Positions 1-10,772 of a stretch of DNA of 64,000 nucleotides are shown piece after piece; within the stretch, counting starts at the first letter, position 1; every line of letters begins with the position of its first letter. Under the pieces are notes generated by a model. It was not told where the DNA came from, did no database searches, and was given only the letters and a program-made list of their open reading frames with translations. The position numbers were made by a program, and so were the translations under genes. The DNA comes from Nitrosopumilus sp. (GTDB lineage Archaea > Thermoproteota > Nitrososphaeria > Nitrososphaerales > Nitrosopumilaceae), in contig OZ240211.1 of assembly GCA_965197525.1 (NCBI GenBank), positions 1,664,001 to 1,728,000 of the forward strand. Direction: 5' to 3'.

Positions 1-1
1 A

Positions 2-499
2 AAGACGCTAGATGACATAAAGCAGTTGGATGCTCTGGTAATACCTGGCGGTGAGAGTACCACTATTGGCAAGCTCTCATTGGCAAATGATTCTCTGCAG
101 GTCTTGAAGCAAAAGATTGAATCTGGAATGCCAGTCCTTGGAATCTGCGCTGGTATGATACTGTTATCAAATACAGTAAATGACCGTATAGTTGGAAAGA
201 CTGATCAACCCCTTTTGAATATCTTGGATGTCACATTGGAGAGGAATTCATTTGGACGACAACGAGAATCCTTTGAGGCTGATATATCGATGGATTCTAT
301 TGGCATCCCAAAATTCAACGGTGTGTTTATTCGGGCTCCTTCTATCTCTAGTGTTGGCTCTAACGTGACTATCTTGTCAAAACTTGGTGACAGAGTCGTT
401 GCAGTCAAACAGGGTAACATTATTGGTACCTCATTTCATCCTGAACTCACAGAGGATGTCTCTTTACACAAATATTTTCTTAACCTTTTGAACTCTTGA
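2..499 (+). CDS. pdxT: Pyridoxal 5'-phosphate synthase glutaminase subunit (5' end outside window)
   Basis: LVIPGGESTT, GICAG nucleophile elbow, RNSFGRQ and SFHPE motifs; frame is open back to the window edge. Confidence 0.95.
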   Translation, partial: KTLDDIKQLDALVIPGGESTTIGKLSLANDSLQVLKQKIESGMPVLGICAGMILLSNTVNDRIVGKTDQPLLNILDVTLERNSFGRQRESFEADISMDSIGIPKFNGVFIRAPSISSVGSNVTILSKLGDRVVAVKQGNIIGTSFHPELTEDVSLHKYFLNLLNS

Positions 500-663
500 T
501 CATCTGCTAACGCATCAAAAATTTCTTACAATTGGCGACTCGTTAATTAATTGGAATTGCTCTTGTCATCCATTAATCTGGTCCAACTACAATCCACATC
601 GTTCTGCACATAGGCACGAATCAATAGGTTGTATGCGAATACAAAAAAGATAAGTAATGATAT

Positions 664-858
664 ATGCACATTAAAAATATGGGATTGAGGGACAGCCTAC
701 TCATGTACGATGAATGGTCAGAATCAACCAACAGAAATGCTCAATTTGAAACTCAACACATAGGTAGTGTTATCAGGCATATAACAAATGTAGATGATAT
801 ATACAGCTATGCCGATATTGTAAAAAACAGCAATACAAGAGAATGTTGGGGAGAATGA
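664..858 (+). CDS. Small hypothetical ORF at the head of the accessory module (alternative start 706)
   Basis: ORF ends 7 bp before the next gene on the same strand; no recognisable motif. Confidence 0.35.
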   Translation: MHIKNMGLRDSLLMYDEWSESTNRNAQFETQHIGSVIRHITNVDDIYSYADIVKNSNTRECWGE

Positions 859-865
859 TATAAAG

Positions 866-1408
866 TTGGATGTGGTAGAGAAATACATAATTCTTTTGTT
901 GGGTGTAAAAACCGAACCACTACCGTCATTCTGGCATCTACAAAAAGAAATATTTGTGTTATCCAAGGCTATACCAAAGATTAGTGAGAATTTTAAATTT
1001 GAAGATCATTATAATGGACCATACTGCGATGAGATCTCTGATGCTATCAATTATCCATTTATCTATGATAATGCCTACAGAATATCTAATGGAAAAATAA
1101 TTTTAACTGATAAAGGCAAGAAAATTTTTGAAGATTTAAAAATTCAATATGCAGAGGACAAAAGATTCTGCATAATGATAAAAATCATGAGACTTGTGAG
1201 AGATCTTTATGATAAGCTTACAAAAGAAGAACTGTTGTTCTTGATATATCAGACATATCCAGAATACGCTAGCGGATCAAATATCTATGACAAGTATGTG
1301 TTGGATGAGACAATGCGTAAGAAAATTGCAAAGTCGCTTTTAGACAAATCAATTACAAAAGAGAGATATGAAGAGGTATTGAACATTGCGCAAAATAGTG
1401 ATAGCTGA
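866..1408 (+). CDS. YwgA/Panacea (SocA-like) winged-helix antitoxin-like protein
   Basis: HLQKEIF...FKFEDHYNGPYCDEI resembles the QK..F...F.F..Y.YGP.S.E signature of this family. Confidence 0.55.
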   Translation: MDVVEKYIILLLGVKTEPLPSFWHLQKEIFVLSKAIPKISENFKFEDHYNGPYCDEISDAINYPFIYDNAYRISNGKIILTDKGKKIFEDLKIQYAEDKRFCIMIKIMRLVRDLYDKLTKEELLFLIYQTYPEYASGSNIYDKYVLDETMRKKIAKSLLDKSITKERYEEVLNIAQNSDS

Positions 1409-1928
1409 TAGCAGTTTTTACATATGCTTTCTTGAGGATATCAACAAGCCATCTTTCATTTGCTCGTTGTTTTCACACTCTTTCAAATTTTATATTTCAA
1501 CAATAATCCATGACGAAATATCCAAATCAGGAAATTTTAGACATATTAAGGATGGTCTGAATATACAAACTAATCTCGACTATAAAATAGATGAAATTTT
1601 AAAACCTTTTTTTGGAAAAAACGAAGTCAGACGTGGAGAACATGAAGCAATTGCGCTGGCCTTTTTATATTACGAACACAAAGTAGATTTTAACATCATT
1701 TTTGATGATATGGAAGTACGTAAATTTATTCAAAAAAATATCCCAAAATTGGAAATTTCCATGATAGGAACTCTGGGATTTATTGCAAGATGTAAATGCA
1801 AGTATGATATACTATCAGAAAGCGTTGCCGTATGTACCATAAACAATATAAAAAATTCAAAATTTCGTGCTTCTGACAATCTCATAAAATCCATATTACA
1901 ACAGATTAAGGAATGTCATAATGACTAG
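1386..1928 (+). CDS. PIN-domain ribonuclease (DUF3368-like)
   Basis: IVIADSS, GEHEAIALA, IIFDD and GTLGFI acidic PIN motifs; overlaps both neighbours. Confidence 0.8.
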   Translation: MRKIVIADSSFYICFLEDINKPSFICSLFSHSFKFYISTIIHDEISKSGNFRHIKDGLNIQTNLDYKIDEILKPFFGKNEVRRGEHEAIALAFLYYEHKVDFNIIFDDMEVRKFIQKNIPKLEISMIGTLGFIARCKCKYDILSESVAVCTINNIKNSKFRASDNLIKSILQQIKECHND

Positions 1929-3022
1929 TATTCATATTAAGGAAGTGATCGAAGATAAGAACACCCTATTCAATATCAAACGGTTTAAAATATCAAATAC
2001 TGATTTCAACGAACCTGTCAAAACATTGGATGTAAAGGGCATAACAGGAAAAGCAAACCATATTCGCAAAAAAACAGACTTTCAATTAAAAGAAGTGTCG
2101 AAAAAAGTAGATGCTGGAAGAATACAAAAAATTATTGATACTAGTGATGATGGTAAGCTCAATAGCTACTTTGAACAAAAACCCACATTAGGCATATCTC
2201 CTGATACAGTTAATTTGACATTTACGTTTAATCCTTACAATCATTTTTCCAGTGTGGAAAAAATAAGTGGGTTTTTTGATCTGTACTATGAACATTCACG
2301 TACCCTTCTCACTATTCCCAATATCCGGATGAAAACAAGTAATAAACCCATTATCTCAATTCCTGACTATCTAGAGTTTGTAGACTCGGTGTTTACTATA
2401 CTAAATACCAAAAATCATAAACCAATATTTGTCCCAATTTCACTTAAAACATCACTAAAAAATATTGAAGAAATTTGTAAACATTATTTGAAAAACGAAT
2501 ACTTTAATTTTTGGATTGATTTTGATGGTAGTGCAGTAAGTAAAAATACACTTGCTAGATTGAGATATTTGTTTAGGATTTTAAAGGATGAGGAACGATT
2601 TAATGACACTATGTTATTTTACAAACATCAAACGTGAAATATCGTCGAATGCAAAAAAAGATAAAAGTCCTGCATCTGATATACTAGCTGCAGTCGCAGG
2701 CGCAAATATTATAGGTGTAAATAGAGAACCAATGGCTCCATTCAATTCCAAAAGTCGTCAAGAATTTGTTCAGCACAAAAGTAGAGTTTTAGACAGAAAC
2801 ACGTACTATTATAGTAAAACAGATAATATTGTGGCAAAAGACGTTAATGTTACTCAAAATTCAATGGAGATCAAAAACGAACTCAAAAAACAAACCGAGG
2901 CTATCTTAAATGGAGGAACAGTGGTTGAATATCTAAAAAATAAACCCATGTTAAGAGAAAAAGCCGATATCATGAAATCACTAACTGTAACACAACTTAC
3001 AAAAATCGATAAGTGGTTTTAG
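1921..3022 (+). pseudogene. TGT-like TIM-barrel protein split by a +1 frameshift at about 2617-2621
   Basis: ORFs 1921-2637 and 2588-3022 join as ...FNDTMLF/TNIKRE if one T is removed from TTATTTTACA; C-terminal QNSMEIKNELKKQTEAILNGGTVVEYL resembles the TGT HNL..E...I..AI..G..EY helix. Confidence 0.45.
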
Positions 3023-3324
3023 ACTAGTACTCTAACACAATTCTTCACAAATTACAGATTTTTTTGTTTTAGAGTCTAAATGATTTGTGCTTATTTTTTA
3101 ATAGTCCTATCATAAAATCTTTGTAATTTGTAAAAAACAGAAATGTTTGCAGCTTGAAATATTTATAATTAATCATGTAAGAACAGTATAAAGACTTCAT
3201 GTCTGTATACCAAGAATAATCATACCCAAATCCCAAAGAGCTGATACAGTATTTGTTTAGAAAACTAATTACCAAGACTCTATGATGTTACTATGTACAC
3301 TGTTCTCTTGCTATTACTCTACAT

Positions 3325-5679
3325 CTATTCCAACAAGTTATGCATAGATGTTAGATCCTTCTTGAACGGTTCTAAATTTTCAGGAATTGATATCTTGATT
3401 GAATCCTTTAATGAAAGATTTTGAGATTTTTTCTCATTCCAAACTTTAGAGTTAAACTCTGTTATGTTCGCTGTGATCTTGCTTTGATCCTCGGTACTTC
3501 TTCTTACCTCTCCTTCTTTTACCACTCTGACGTGCATTTCTTTATGAATACTATCTTTTGAATACAGAACTCTCCAGAGATGTTCTGTGATAAATGGAGT
3601 TATTGGGGCCAATAATTTTAAAATCGTTGATAATACCTTGTGCAATGTGAATACGGCCCCGTCTCTTTGTTCGTCAGAAAAACCTATACCGTATGCTCGC
3701 ACCTTGACCATCTCGATATAATGAGCTGCAAACAGGTTCCACGTAAACTCTCTGATTGCAATTGCAGGTATGAAGAAGTTATACTCGTCATACCCTCCTC
3801 TCTGACACTCTATTACCAGCTTGTCCAGCTCTGATAAAATCCATTTATCTGCAGGTTCTAACATACTACTGCTCTCTGACTCTATTACTGGAAAACTAGA
3901 CAAGAATCTTGACACATTCCACAACTTGCTGAGGAACTTTCTAGTAGATTCAATCTTTTGCTCATTGCATCTAAAATCTTGGCCGTGGTTAATCTCACTT
4001 GCACTCCAAAATCTAAAGGTGTCTGCCCCCAACCTCTCAATTACTGGTAGCGGGTCTATGGCATTTCCCTTGCTCTTGCTCATCTTTAATCCCTTCTCGT
4101 CTAGACCGTAACCCATAATCCACGCCTCAGACCATGGTTTCTCTCCTGTTAGTTGTTCACATCTCAACAGCGTATAGTATAGCCATGTCCTGACGATATC
4201 TTTTGCCTGGGGTCTGATTGAGGCAGGATACACTTTGTTGAAAAATTCATCGTCTTTGCCAAATCTGCCAATAAACAACGGAGATATGCTAGAATCCATC
4301 CACGTATCAAATGTCCTCTCTTCTCCTACAAACTCAGTACCATTACATCTAGTACAATTACTGATGGGACATTTCTCGCTCCAAGGCCTGTAATACCTTC
4401 CTGGTTCAGGAACGTGTACCTCTGAGCAGTCTTTACAGTACCAAATTGGAATCTCAGTCCCATAGTACCTTCTTCTAGATATTGGCCAATCAATGTTAAT
4501 TGACTCTAGCCAGTTCATCAGAATCTGCTTGTGCATGGCAGGATGAAACGTTATCTCTTCTCCTAGCCTCTTGATCGTTTTAACTGCATCTTTTTGTTTT
4601 AGATAATATTCTTCCATTGGGATTATCTCAATTGGAATCCTGCTTCTCTCTGATACTGGCGTTCTGTGAACGATATCCTCGATCTTTTCTACAAATCCCT
4701 GTGTCTGCAAGTCCTCTATTATCTTTGTTCTTGCTTGTTTTGGTTTTAGTCCTGTATACTGCTCTCCTGCAGCTTTTGTCATCCTTCCATCCAATCCAAT
4801 TGCTACAGCCTCCTCCAAACCCAACTCTCTGAACAGTGCCACGTCGTTTTGATCACCATAACTACATACCATGACTGCCCCTGAACCGAACTCCTGTTGG
4901 GCAGAATGATGCGTTTGCAGTTTCACCTCTGCACTAGTAATTGGCACAATCACCTCTTTTCCAATATACTGTGTATATCTCTCATCTTCGGGATTTACGA
5001 TAATAGTTTTGCAGGCGCAGAGCAGCTCTGGTCTTGTACTTGCAATGATTATATCTTTGTCCGTATCTTTGATTCTGAATTTCATGTACACCAACTGTGT
5101 TGACAAATCTTCATAGACGATCTCTGCATCTGCAATGGTTGTACCTGATACCCAGTCGTAGTTGTTGGGCCTGTTTGCCTGGTACACCTTTCCTTTCTTC
5201 CATAATTCTATGAATGTAGATTGTGTAAGTGCCCTGTACTCTTGCGAGTCTGTCCTATAGTAATCTGTAAAATTCCCGCTGATGCCCAAATTCTTCATGA
5301 TGAGAATCATCTCTGCTTCCAAGTCGTCTAGTGCATCCTTGCACAGATTCAGGAATTCTCCCCTCTCAGTCTCCCTCATTCTGATCTTGTGCTTTTTTTC
5401 AGTGTACAGCTCGACTGGAAGTCCGTTTCTGTCTATTCCTATTGGAAAGTACACGTTCTTTCCTGCCATCCTTGCAGTGCGTGCGATCATGTCAATTTGT
5501 GCGTAATGTGCTGCAGCCCCAATGTGCCACGGCCTGCCTGACGGATACGGAGGAGGTGTATCTATGGTATAGTTGTCATCTTGTGGGACAAACTCGTAAG
5601 TCTTCTCTTCTTCCCACAGTCTCTGAATGTCTTTTTCTAACTGGGGATTCCATGCTTTTTCTGATATTTTAGGTTCCAT
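3325..5679 (-). CDS. valS: Valyl-tRNA synthetase
   Basis: IDTPPPYPSG..HIG (HIGH), WMDSS and KMSKS motifs; 784 aa. Confidence 0.97.
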   Translation of the reverse strand: MEPKISEKAWNPQLEKDIQRLWEEEKTYEFVPQDDNYTIDTPPPYPSGRPWHIGAAAHYAQIDMIARTARMAGKNVYFPIGIDRNGLPVELYTEKKHKIRMRETERGEFLNLCKDALDDLEAEMILIMKNLGISGNFTDYYRTDSQEYRALTQSTFIELWKKGKVYQANRPNNYDWVSGTTIADAEIVYEDLSTQLVYMKFRIKDTDKDIIIASTRPELLCACKTIIVNPEDERYTQYIGKEVIVPITSAEVKLQTHHSAQQEFGSGAVMVCSYGDQNDVALFRELGLEEAVAIGLDGRMTKAAGEQYTGLKPKQARTKIIEDLQTQGFVEKIEDIVHRTPVSERSRIPIEIIPMEEYYLKQKDAVKTIKRLGEEITFHPAMHKQILMNWLESINIDWPISRRRYYGTEIPIWYCKDCSEVHVPEPGRYYRPWSEKCPISNCTRCNGTEFVGEERTFDTWMDSSISPLFIGRFGKDDEFFNKVYPASIRPQAKDIVRTWLYYTLLRCEQLTGEKPWSEAWIMGYGLDEKGLKMSKSKGNAIDPLPVIERLGADTFRFWSASEINHGQDFRCNEQKIESTRKFLSKLWNVSRFLSSFPVIESESSSMLEPADKWILSELDKLVIECQRGGYDEYNFFIPAIAIREFTWNLFAAHYIEMVKVRAYGIGFSDEQRDGAVFTLHKVLSTILKLLAPITPFITEHLWRVLYSKDSIHKEMHVRVVKEGEVRRSTEDQSKITANITEFNSKVWNEKKSQNLSLKDSIKISIPENLEPFKKDLTSMHNLLE

Positions 5680-6500
5680 TACTCCTCTCTTGAAATATTT
5701 GAAATTATGTGAGACCCCTTGTTGTAGCCCTCATAGATGTAGACTCCTACTGCCTCTACGTTTGATGGCATCTTTGGCGCCAGCAATTTAATAATTTCAC
5801 TTGAAAGATTCTCAACTGTAGCCTCTCCCTCAAGCAGATAAGTCGTATCTTTTGGAACCTGCAGTTCAAACATCCCTCTTGGCCCTTCAAACTTGATGTG
5901 GTAGTGCGCATCATCTTCCCGGTCTAGATATTTTCTATTGATGAAAAATTTATGATCAAATACGTCTATCACACTTTTGATAATCTTTTTGGCCTCTCCA
6001 AAGTCCAGCAACAAGTTGTTCTTCATCTGTCCTATCAATTCTACCATTACTGATGATGTATGACCGTGTAATATGGAGCATTTCTCAACTAGTGGGAGTA
6101 TATGTGCATAGTCATACGAAAATGACGCATCCTCTAAAAATATGGAACCTGTTTGTGGTGCCTTGTCATAGAACACGATATCTTGCAGCTCGCTAATTTG
6201 CGCAACGTATTTTGCATGTCCTATTGCCATTACCTTTTCTTGCGGAAAATCTTCTTTGATGCGTTTGTATTTTTCAATGTCCGCATCAGTGTCTATTACT
6301 TCGATTAGTCCCTTTGCTGTCTTAAAATCAACTGTAACCTCTTCTCCATTATTTAACGTAATTTTGTGATTGTATTGGTACTCTTCTTGAAGAAACGTAA
6401 GCATTTGTGCTACTGTCAACTCTGTCCTGGTCTTAAACAGGTTGCCTTTTCTGTCGATATATCGAAGATCTGAATCTAGGATTGAAGAGCTTGATACCAT
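5679..6500 (-). CDS. 6-carboxy-tetrahydropterin synthase / PTPS (QueD-like) with an extra N-terminal domain
   Basis: AH.L....KC..LHGH, LLDFG, FDHKF and TVENL motifs in the C-terminal half. Confidence 0.85.
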   Translation of the reverse strand: MVSSSSILDSDLRYIDRKGNLFKTRTELTVAQMLTFLQEEYQYNHKITLNNGEEVTVDFKTAKGLIEVIDTDADIEKYKRIKEDFPQEKVMAIGHAKYVAQISELQDIVFYDKAPQTGSIFLEDASFSYDYAHILPLVEKCSILHGHTSSVMVELIGQMKNNLLLDFGEAKKIIKSVIDVFDHKFFINRKYLDREDDAHYHIKFEGPRGMFELQVPKDTTYLLEGEATVENLSSEIIKLLAPKMPSNVEAVGVYIYEGYNKGSHIISNISREE

Positions 6501-6574
6501 AACGTCAGCTGACTTTGGTTATAATATAAATTCTGATTATATTTGATACTTGAGAGAGCGATCCTACTAGACCT

Positions 6575-6850
6575 CTATAGCGAATTTAGAATTTTAGCTA
6601 GATTGATATCATTTCTTGTAATGCCGCCTGCATCATGGGTTGTCAAATCTACTGTTATCTTGTTGTATACATTATACCACTCTGGATGGTGGTTCATCTT
6701 TTCAATCTCCATTGCAGCCCTTGTCATAAAGCCAAACGCCTGATTGAAGCTCTCAAATTGGAACTCTTTGTGCAGCTTTTCATTTGTAATGCTCCATCCA
6801 TCAAGGCTCTCTAATTCTGTATCAATCTCCGTCTTTGATAGTTTTATCAT
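6575..6850 (-). CDS. phhB: Pterin-4-alpha-carbinolamine dehydratase
   Basis: MNHHPEW.NVYNK...[11 protein letters not shown] motif. Confidence 0.93.
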   Translation of the reverse strand: MIKLSKTEIDTELESLDGWSITNEKLHKEFQFESFNQAFGFMTRAAMEIEKMNHHPEWYNVYNKITVDLTTHDAGGITRNDINLAKILNSL

Positions 6851-6922
6851 TGTTATACCATATGTAGTGGTAAATTAATAGTTAGAGGTTTTAACCTGTA
6901 ATCATACAAAACGTGATGTATA

Positions 6923-7678
6923 ATGGACCAAATCAAAAAACAACTACTCAATAATATCTCAGAATCAATCTCAGAGTCTGTCTCCCAGAAAAATATTGGA
7001 GTTGCCTTCTCAGGAGGTGTTGATAGCACGCTAATCTCCAAGATATGCCATGACATGGGGTATGACATCACCCTCCTGACAATTGGTTTTTCAGACTCTC
7101 ATGACATCTTGTTTGCAAACCAAATTAACGAATATCTCAAATATCCACATCATGTCTTGGAGATTGATTCTGATACGTTCTCTTCTGTCTGCTCTGATAT
7201 CCATGAGAAGATAAAGACAGACAATCTGTCATGGAATGAGAACTGTATTGCGTTTTACTATGTGTCTCAACTAGCTCGTAACCTGAACATTGATACTGTG
7301 GTTACTGCAAATGGTATGGACGAACTGTTTTGTGGATATAATGCATATCGAGAGGCATTTGCTGGCGGAGAGTCTGAAATTCACAAAGTAATGGACTCTA
7401 AACTTGACAACGAACTACACATGATGCAAGCAGTTAATCTTGTGGCATCTGGGTTCGGTGTTAGCATCTTACAGCCATTACTGACCCCAAGATTCATCAA
7501 TTATGCTAAAACCATACCAGTATCTGAAAAAATTCACAGCTCAGATGACATATATCGCAAGCATATAATTCGAGAGTTAGCTTGCGAGATCAAGGTACCT
7601 GAACTCTCTTGCACAAAACGAAAAAAAGCGTTACAGTACGGCTCTAAAATCCACAAATCTCTGCTAAAACTTAGGTGA
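6923..7678 (+). CDS. Asparagine synthase C-terminal-domain (PP-loop) protein
   Basis: VAFSGGVDS, ANGMDELFCGY and RKKALQYGS motifs. Confidence 0.85.
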   Translation: MDQIKKQLLNNISESISESVSQKNIGVAFSGGVDSTLISKICHDMGYDITLLTIGFSDSHDILFANQINEYLKYPHHVLEIDSDTFSSVCSDIHEKIKTDNLSWNENCIAFYYVSQLARNLNIDTVVTANGMDELFCGYNAYREAFAGGESEIHKVMDSKLDNELHMMQAVNLVASGFGVSILQPLLTPRFINYAKTIPVSEKIHSSDDIYRKHIIRELACEIKVPELSCTKRKKALQYGSKIHKSLLKLR

Positions 7679-9047
7679 TGAATCTCTTTATGGTCTTTTG
7701 AACGGTTCTCTCTACATTGCGTATAATTTGGCGTGATGCTCCCAAGTGTTTTTCTGGTAGGAATATTGAGTCAATTTCAGTACTAGTTAACCTGGATGAG
7801 AATGCCTTGTCCCCTTTGATTGCATCTATGTATTGAGCCCCATCGTGGTTTGCCTCAAATGCCACCCTTTGAACGTCTTTGTATGCTACAAATCTTGGCA
7901 CTCTTTTCTTTATCAGTGCCTCTAAGACAAATTCTGCGAAGATCTGACCTCGTGTGATATACAAGTTCTCTACAATTCGTTTCTTGTTTACCATCAAGTT
8001 TGAGATGATTCTAGTCATGGTCTCTAGCATCTCATCTACTAAAATTGATACAGTTGGAATTACAAATCTCTCGTTGGCAGAGTTTGAGAGATCTCGCTCG
8101 TGCCACAACGGAATATTCTCAAACGATACTCCGACTTGGCTTCTTACCAGTTTTGATAATGATGATACCCGTTCACTCTTTATTGGATTTCTTTTTACTG
8201 GAACTGCACTACTTCCCATCTGTCCTTTTTTGAACTGTTCTGCAACTTCTCCTATCTCCGTTCTCTGCAGGTTTCTAATCTCTATTGCCATCTTTTCAAG
8301 ACTAGTACCAATCAATGCTAATTCAAAGACGTATTCTGCATATCTCTCTCTTGGAACTACTTGTGTTGTAACTTCTGCCGGAAATAGTCCTAGTCGTTTG
8401 GCCACTTTTTTTTGTACCACAAGCGCTTTTGCACCCATTAACGAACCCGTACCCACAACACCCAACGTCTTGCAGATTAGGATTCTCTTCTTTATCTCCT
8501 CAATTCTCTCTACATGTTTTGCCATCTCTGCTGCCCAATTTGCAAATTTTAATCCAAATGAGATGATGCTTGCGTGTTGTCCATGTGTTCTCCCAACTGC
8601 TGGCACGTCTTTGTATTTTACTGCCTGTTTTACAAGTATTGATGCCATCTTTGCAACTTTGGGTTCAATAATTTGTAATGCATCTCGCATCTGCATGGAG
8701 TTGCTTGTATCAACTAGGTCGTTGCTTGTAAGACCGTAATGTATCCATGGTCTAGCATTTTTTGTGCATCTCTCGCTTAGTGACTCTACTAGTGCTGCAG
8801 TGTCATGATCGCTTTTTGCCTCCAACTGCTTGATTCTCTTTGCAGTAATTTTTTTACCTGTTGCCACTCTGAATATTTCTCTTCCTGCCTTTTTTGATAT
8901 CATGCCTATCTCACTTTGAGATATGGCAGTTGCGCCTTCAATCTCCAACTGATAGTTTACTTTTTGCTGCTCACCAAATATTCTCATCATCTCTTTTGTA
9001 CCATAACGACCGGTATCAATTGGTAGAATTGCCATATGTTTGGTCAT
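7671..9047 (-). CDS. purB: Adenylosuccinate lyase
   Basis: HYGLTSND, GRTHGQHA and GSSAVPVKRNPIKSE signature. Confidence 0.96.
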   Translation of the reverse strand: MTKHMAILPIDTGRYGTKEMMRIFGEQQKVNYQLEIEGATAISQSEIGMISKKAGREIFRVATGKKITAKRIKQLEAKSDHDTAALVESLSERCTKNARPWIHYGLTSNDLVDTSNSMQMRDALQIIEPKVAKMASILVKQAVKYKDVPAVGRTHGQHASIISFGLKFANWAAEMAKHVERIEEIKKRILICKTLGVVGTGSLMGAKALVVQKKVAKRLGLFPAEVTTQVVPRERYAEYVFELALIGTSLEKMAIEIRNLQRTEIGEVAEQFKKGQMGSSAVPVKRNPIKSERVSSLSKLVRSQVGVSFENIPLWHERDLSNSANERFVIPTVSILVDEMLETMTRIISNLMVNKKRIVENLYITRGQIFAEFVLEALIKKRVPRFVAYKDVQRVAFEANHDGAQYIDAIKGDKAFSSRLTSTEIDSIFLPEKHLGASRQIIRNVERTVQKTIKRFIT

Positions 9048-9329
9048 TATACATTAAAAATAAATCTACTCATGACCGTCAATTTTATCTCTACTACACG
9101 CAACATTAGACTACGTGTTCATGTATCCAAAGTAATCAGTCGTCGTCGTCGTCATATCCTATTTTTACTCATTATGCAACACAGAATACACCATTGTGAT
9201 TTTCAAGCTTTTCAGCAGAAAAGATATTAGAATTTATGCACTATTTCCCACAACTTTCACTGAATTTAGAATTATTTCCTGCTTCTCTGATGGTTTAAAT
9301 TGGCAAAAAAGCAATTTACACCCATACAT

Positions 9330-10772
9330 ATGTCTGCTACAAGAAAAATCGGTGATAATCAATACCAGATTGACGCTGACTCTAATCTCGGAATGAAGGT
9401 TCCTGTAAGAATTTACGCAGATGAACCCCTACTACAAAAGATGCTCTCCGATAGGACAATCATGCAGGCACGAAACGTTGCTTCCATCCCAGGAATAGTC
9501 GGGTACAGCGTAGTCCTGCCTGACGGTCATGAGGGTTACGGTTTTCCTGTAGGCGGGGTGGCTGCCATGGATGCCCAAGAGGGAATGATAAGTCCGGGCG
9601 GCGTAGGATATGACATCAACTGTGGCGTAAGACTGATACGTTCCAACTTGACTGAGCAAGCCGTCCGCCTAAAACTCAAAGAGCTAGTCACTGATCTGTT
9701 CGGTTCTATCCCTTCAGGTGTCGGCTCAAAGGGTGCAGTCAAACTCACAAATTCTGAACTAGATGAAGTTCTAGTCCGAGGTGTCAACTGGGCAATTGAT
9801 CATGGTTATGGCTCATCAGATGACTCTGATGTATGTGAAGAAAATGGAAGTATTGCAAACGCCGATCCAAACAAAGTTTCTGACAAAGCAAGAAAACGGG
9901 GTGCGCCCCAACTGGGAAGTCTGGGTTCGGGAAACCATTTTCTAGAGGTACAAAAAGTTTCAGAGGTTCACAACAAAGAGGCAGCAGACAAAATGGGATT
10001 AAAAGAGGGAACAATAACAGTTTTAATTCACTGCGGTTCTCGCGGCTTTGGACACCAAGTGTGTAGTGACTATCTTCGCGTTTCAGAGCAGGCGATGGCA
10101 AAATACAATATACATCTACCTGACAGAGAGCTTGCATGCGTTCCAAATAACTCTGATGAGGGCGACTCGTATAGACGAGCCATGTTTGCAGCACTAAATT
10201 TTGCGTGGAGTAACAGACAGATGATCACTCATTGGACCCGGAATTCGTTTCAACGTGTATTTAATCAGACAGAATCTGATCTTGATATGAAACTAGTCTA
10301 CGATGTTGCTCATAATATTGCCAAGATAGAAAGACACAATGTTGATGGCTCTAGCCGCGACTTGGTAGTTCACAGGAAAGGCGCTACAAGGGCATTTCCT
10401 GCAAATCGTGATGAGATACCATCCAGGTATCGTAATCTTGGACAACCTGTTCTGGTTCCAGGTTCTATGGGAACTGCCAGTTGGATTTTGCTTGGGCAGC
10501 CAAATTCAATGAACCTGAGTTTTGGTTCTACTGCCCACGGTGCAGGAAGAACCATGTCACGCTCAAAGGCCAGACGAAACTACACTGAGGCAGATGTGAA
10601 AAAATCTCTTAATGCAAACGGCATATTCATAAAATCGTTGACTAGAGACGGTGTTGTAGAGGAGGCTCCTCAGGCATACAAAGATGTGGATGCCGTAGTT
10701 GATGTATCTCATAATCTTGGCATTGCAACTAAAGTAGCAAAGCTGGTACCTATAGGGGTGATAAAAGGTTGA
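9330..10772 (+). CDS. rtcB: tRNA-splicing ligase RtcB (ATG at 9330 preferred over the track start at 9300)
   Basis: PDGHEGYGFPVGG, GYDINCG, GSGNHFLE, HRKGA and HGAGR motifs. Confidence 0.97.
   Translation: MSATRKIGDNQYQIDADSNLGMKVPVRIYADEPLLQKMLSDRTIMQARNVASIPGIVGYSVVLPDGHEGYGFPVGGVAAMDAQEGMISPGGVGYDINCGVRLIRSNLTEQAVRLKLKELVTDLFGSIPSGVGSKGAVKLTNSELDEVLVRGVNWAIDHGYGSSDDSDVCEENGSIANADPNKVSDKARKRGAPQLGSLGSGNHFLEVQKVSEVHNKEAADKMGLKEGTITVLIHCGSRGFGHQVCSDYLRVSEQAMAKYNIHLPDRELACVPNNSDEGDSYRRAMFAALNFAWSNRQMITHWTRNSFQRVFNQTESDLDMKLVYDVAHNIAKIERHNVDGSSRDLVVHRKGATRAFPANRDEIPSRYRNLGQPVLVPGSMGTASWILLGQPNSMNLSFGSTAHGAGRTMSRSKARRNYTEADVKKSLNANGIFIKSLTRDGVVEEAPQAYKDVDAVVDVSHNLGIATKVAKLVPIGVIKG

Noticed and set aside
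7954-8739. Long antisense ORFs (for example 7954-8739, 35700-36182, 39438-40046)
   Set aside because: Shadows of real genes on the opposite strand with no independent motifs
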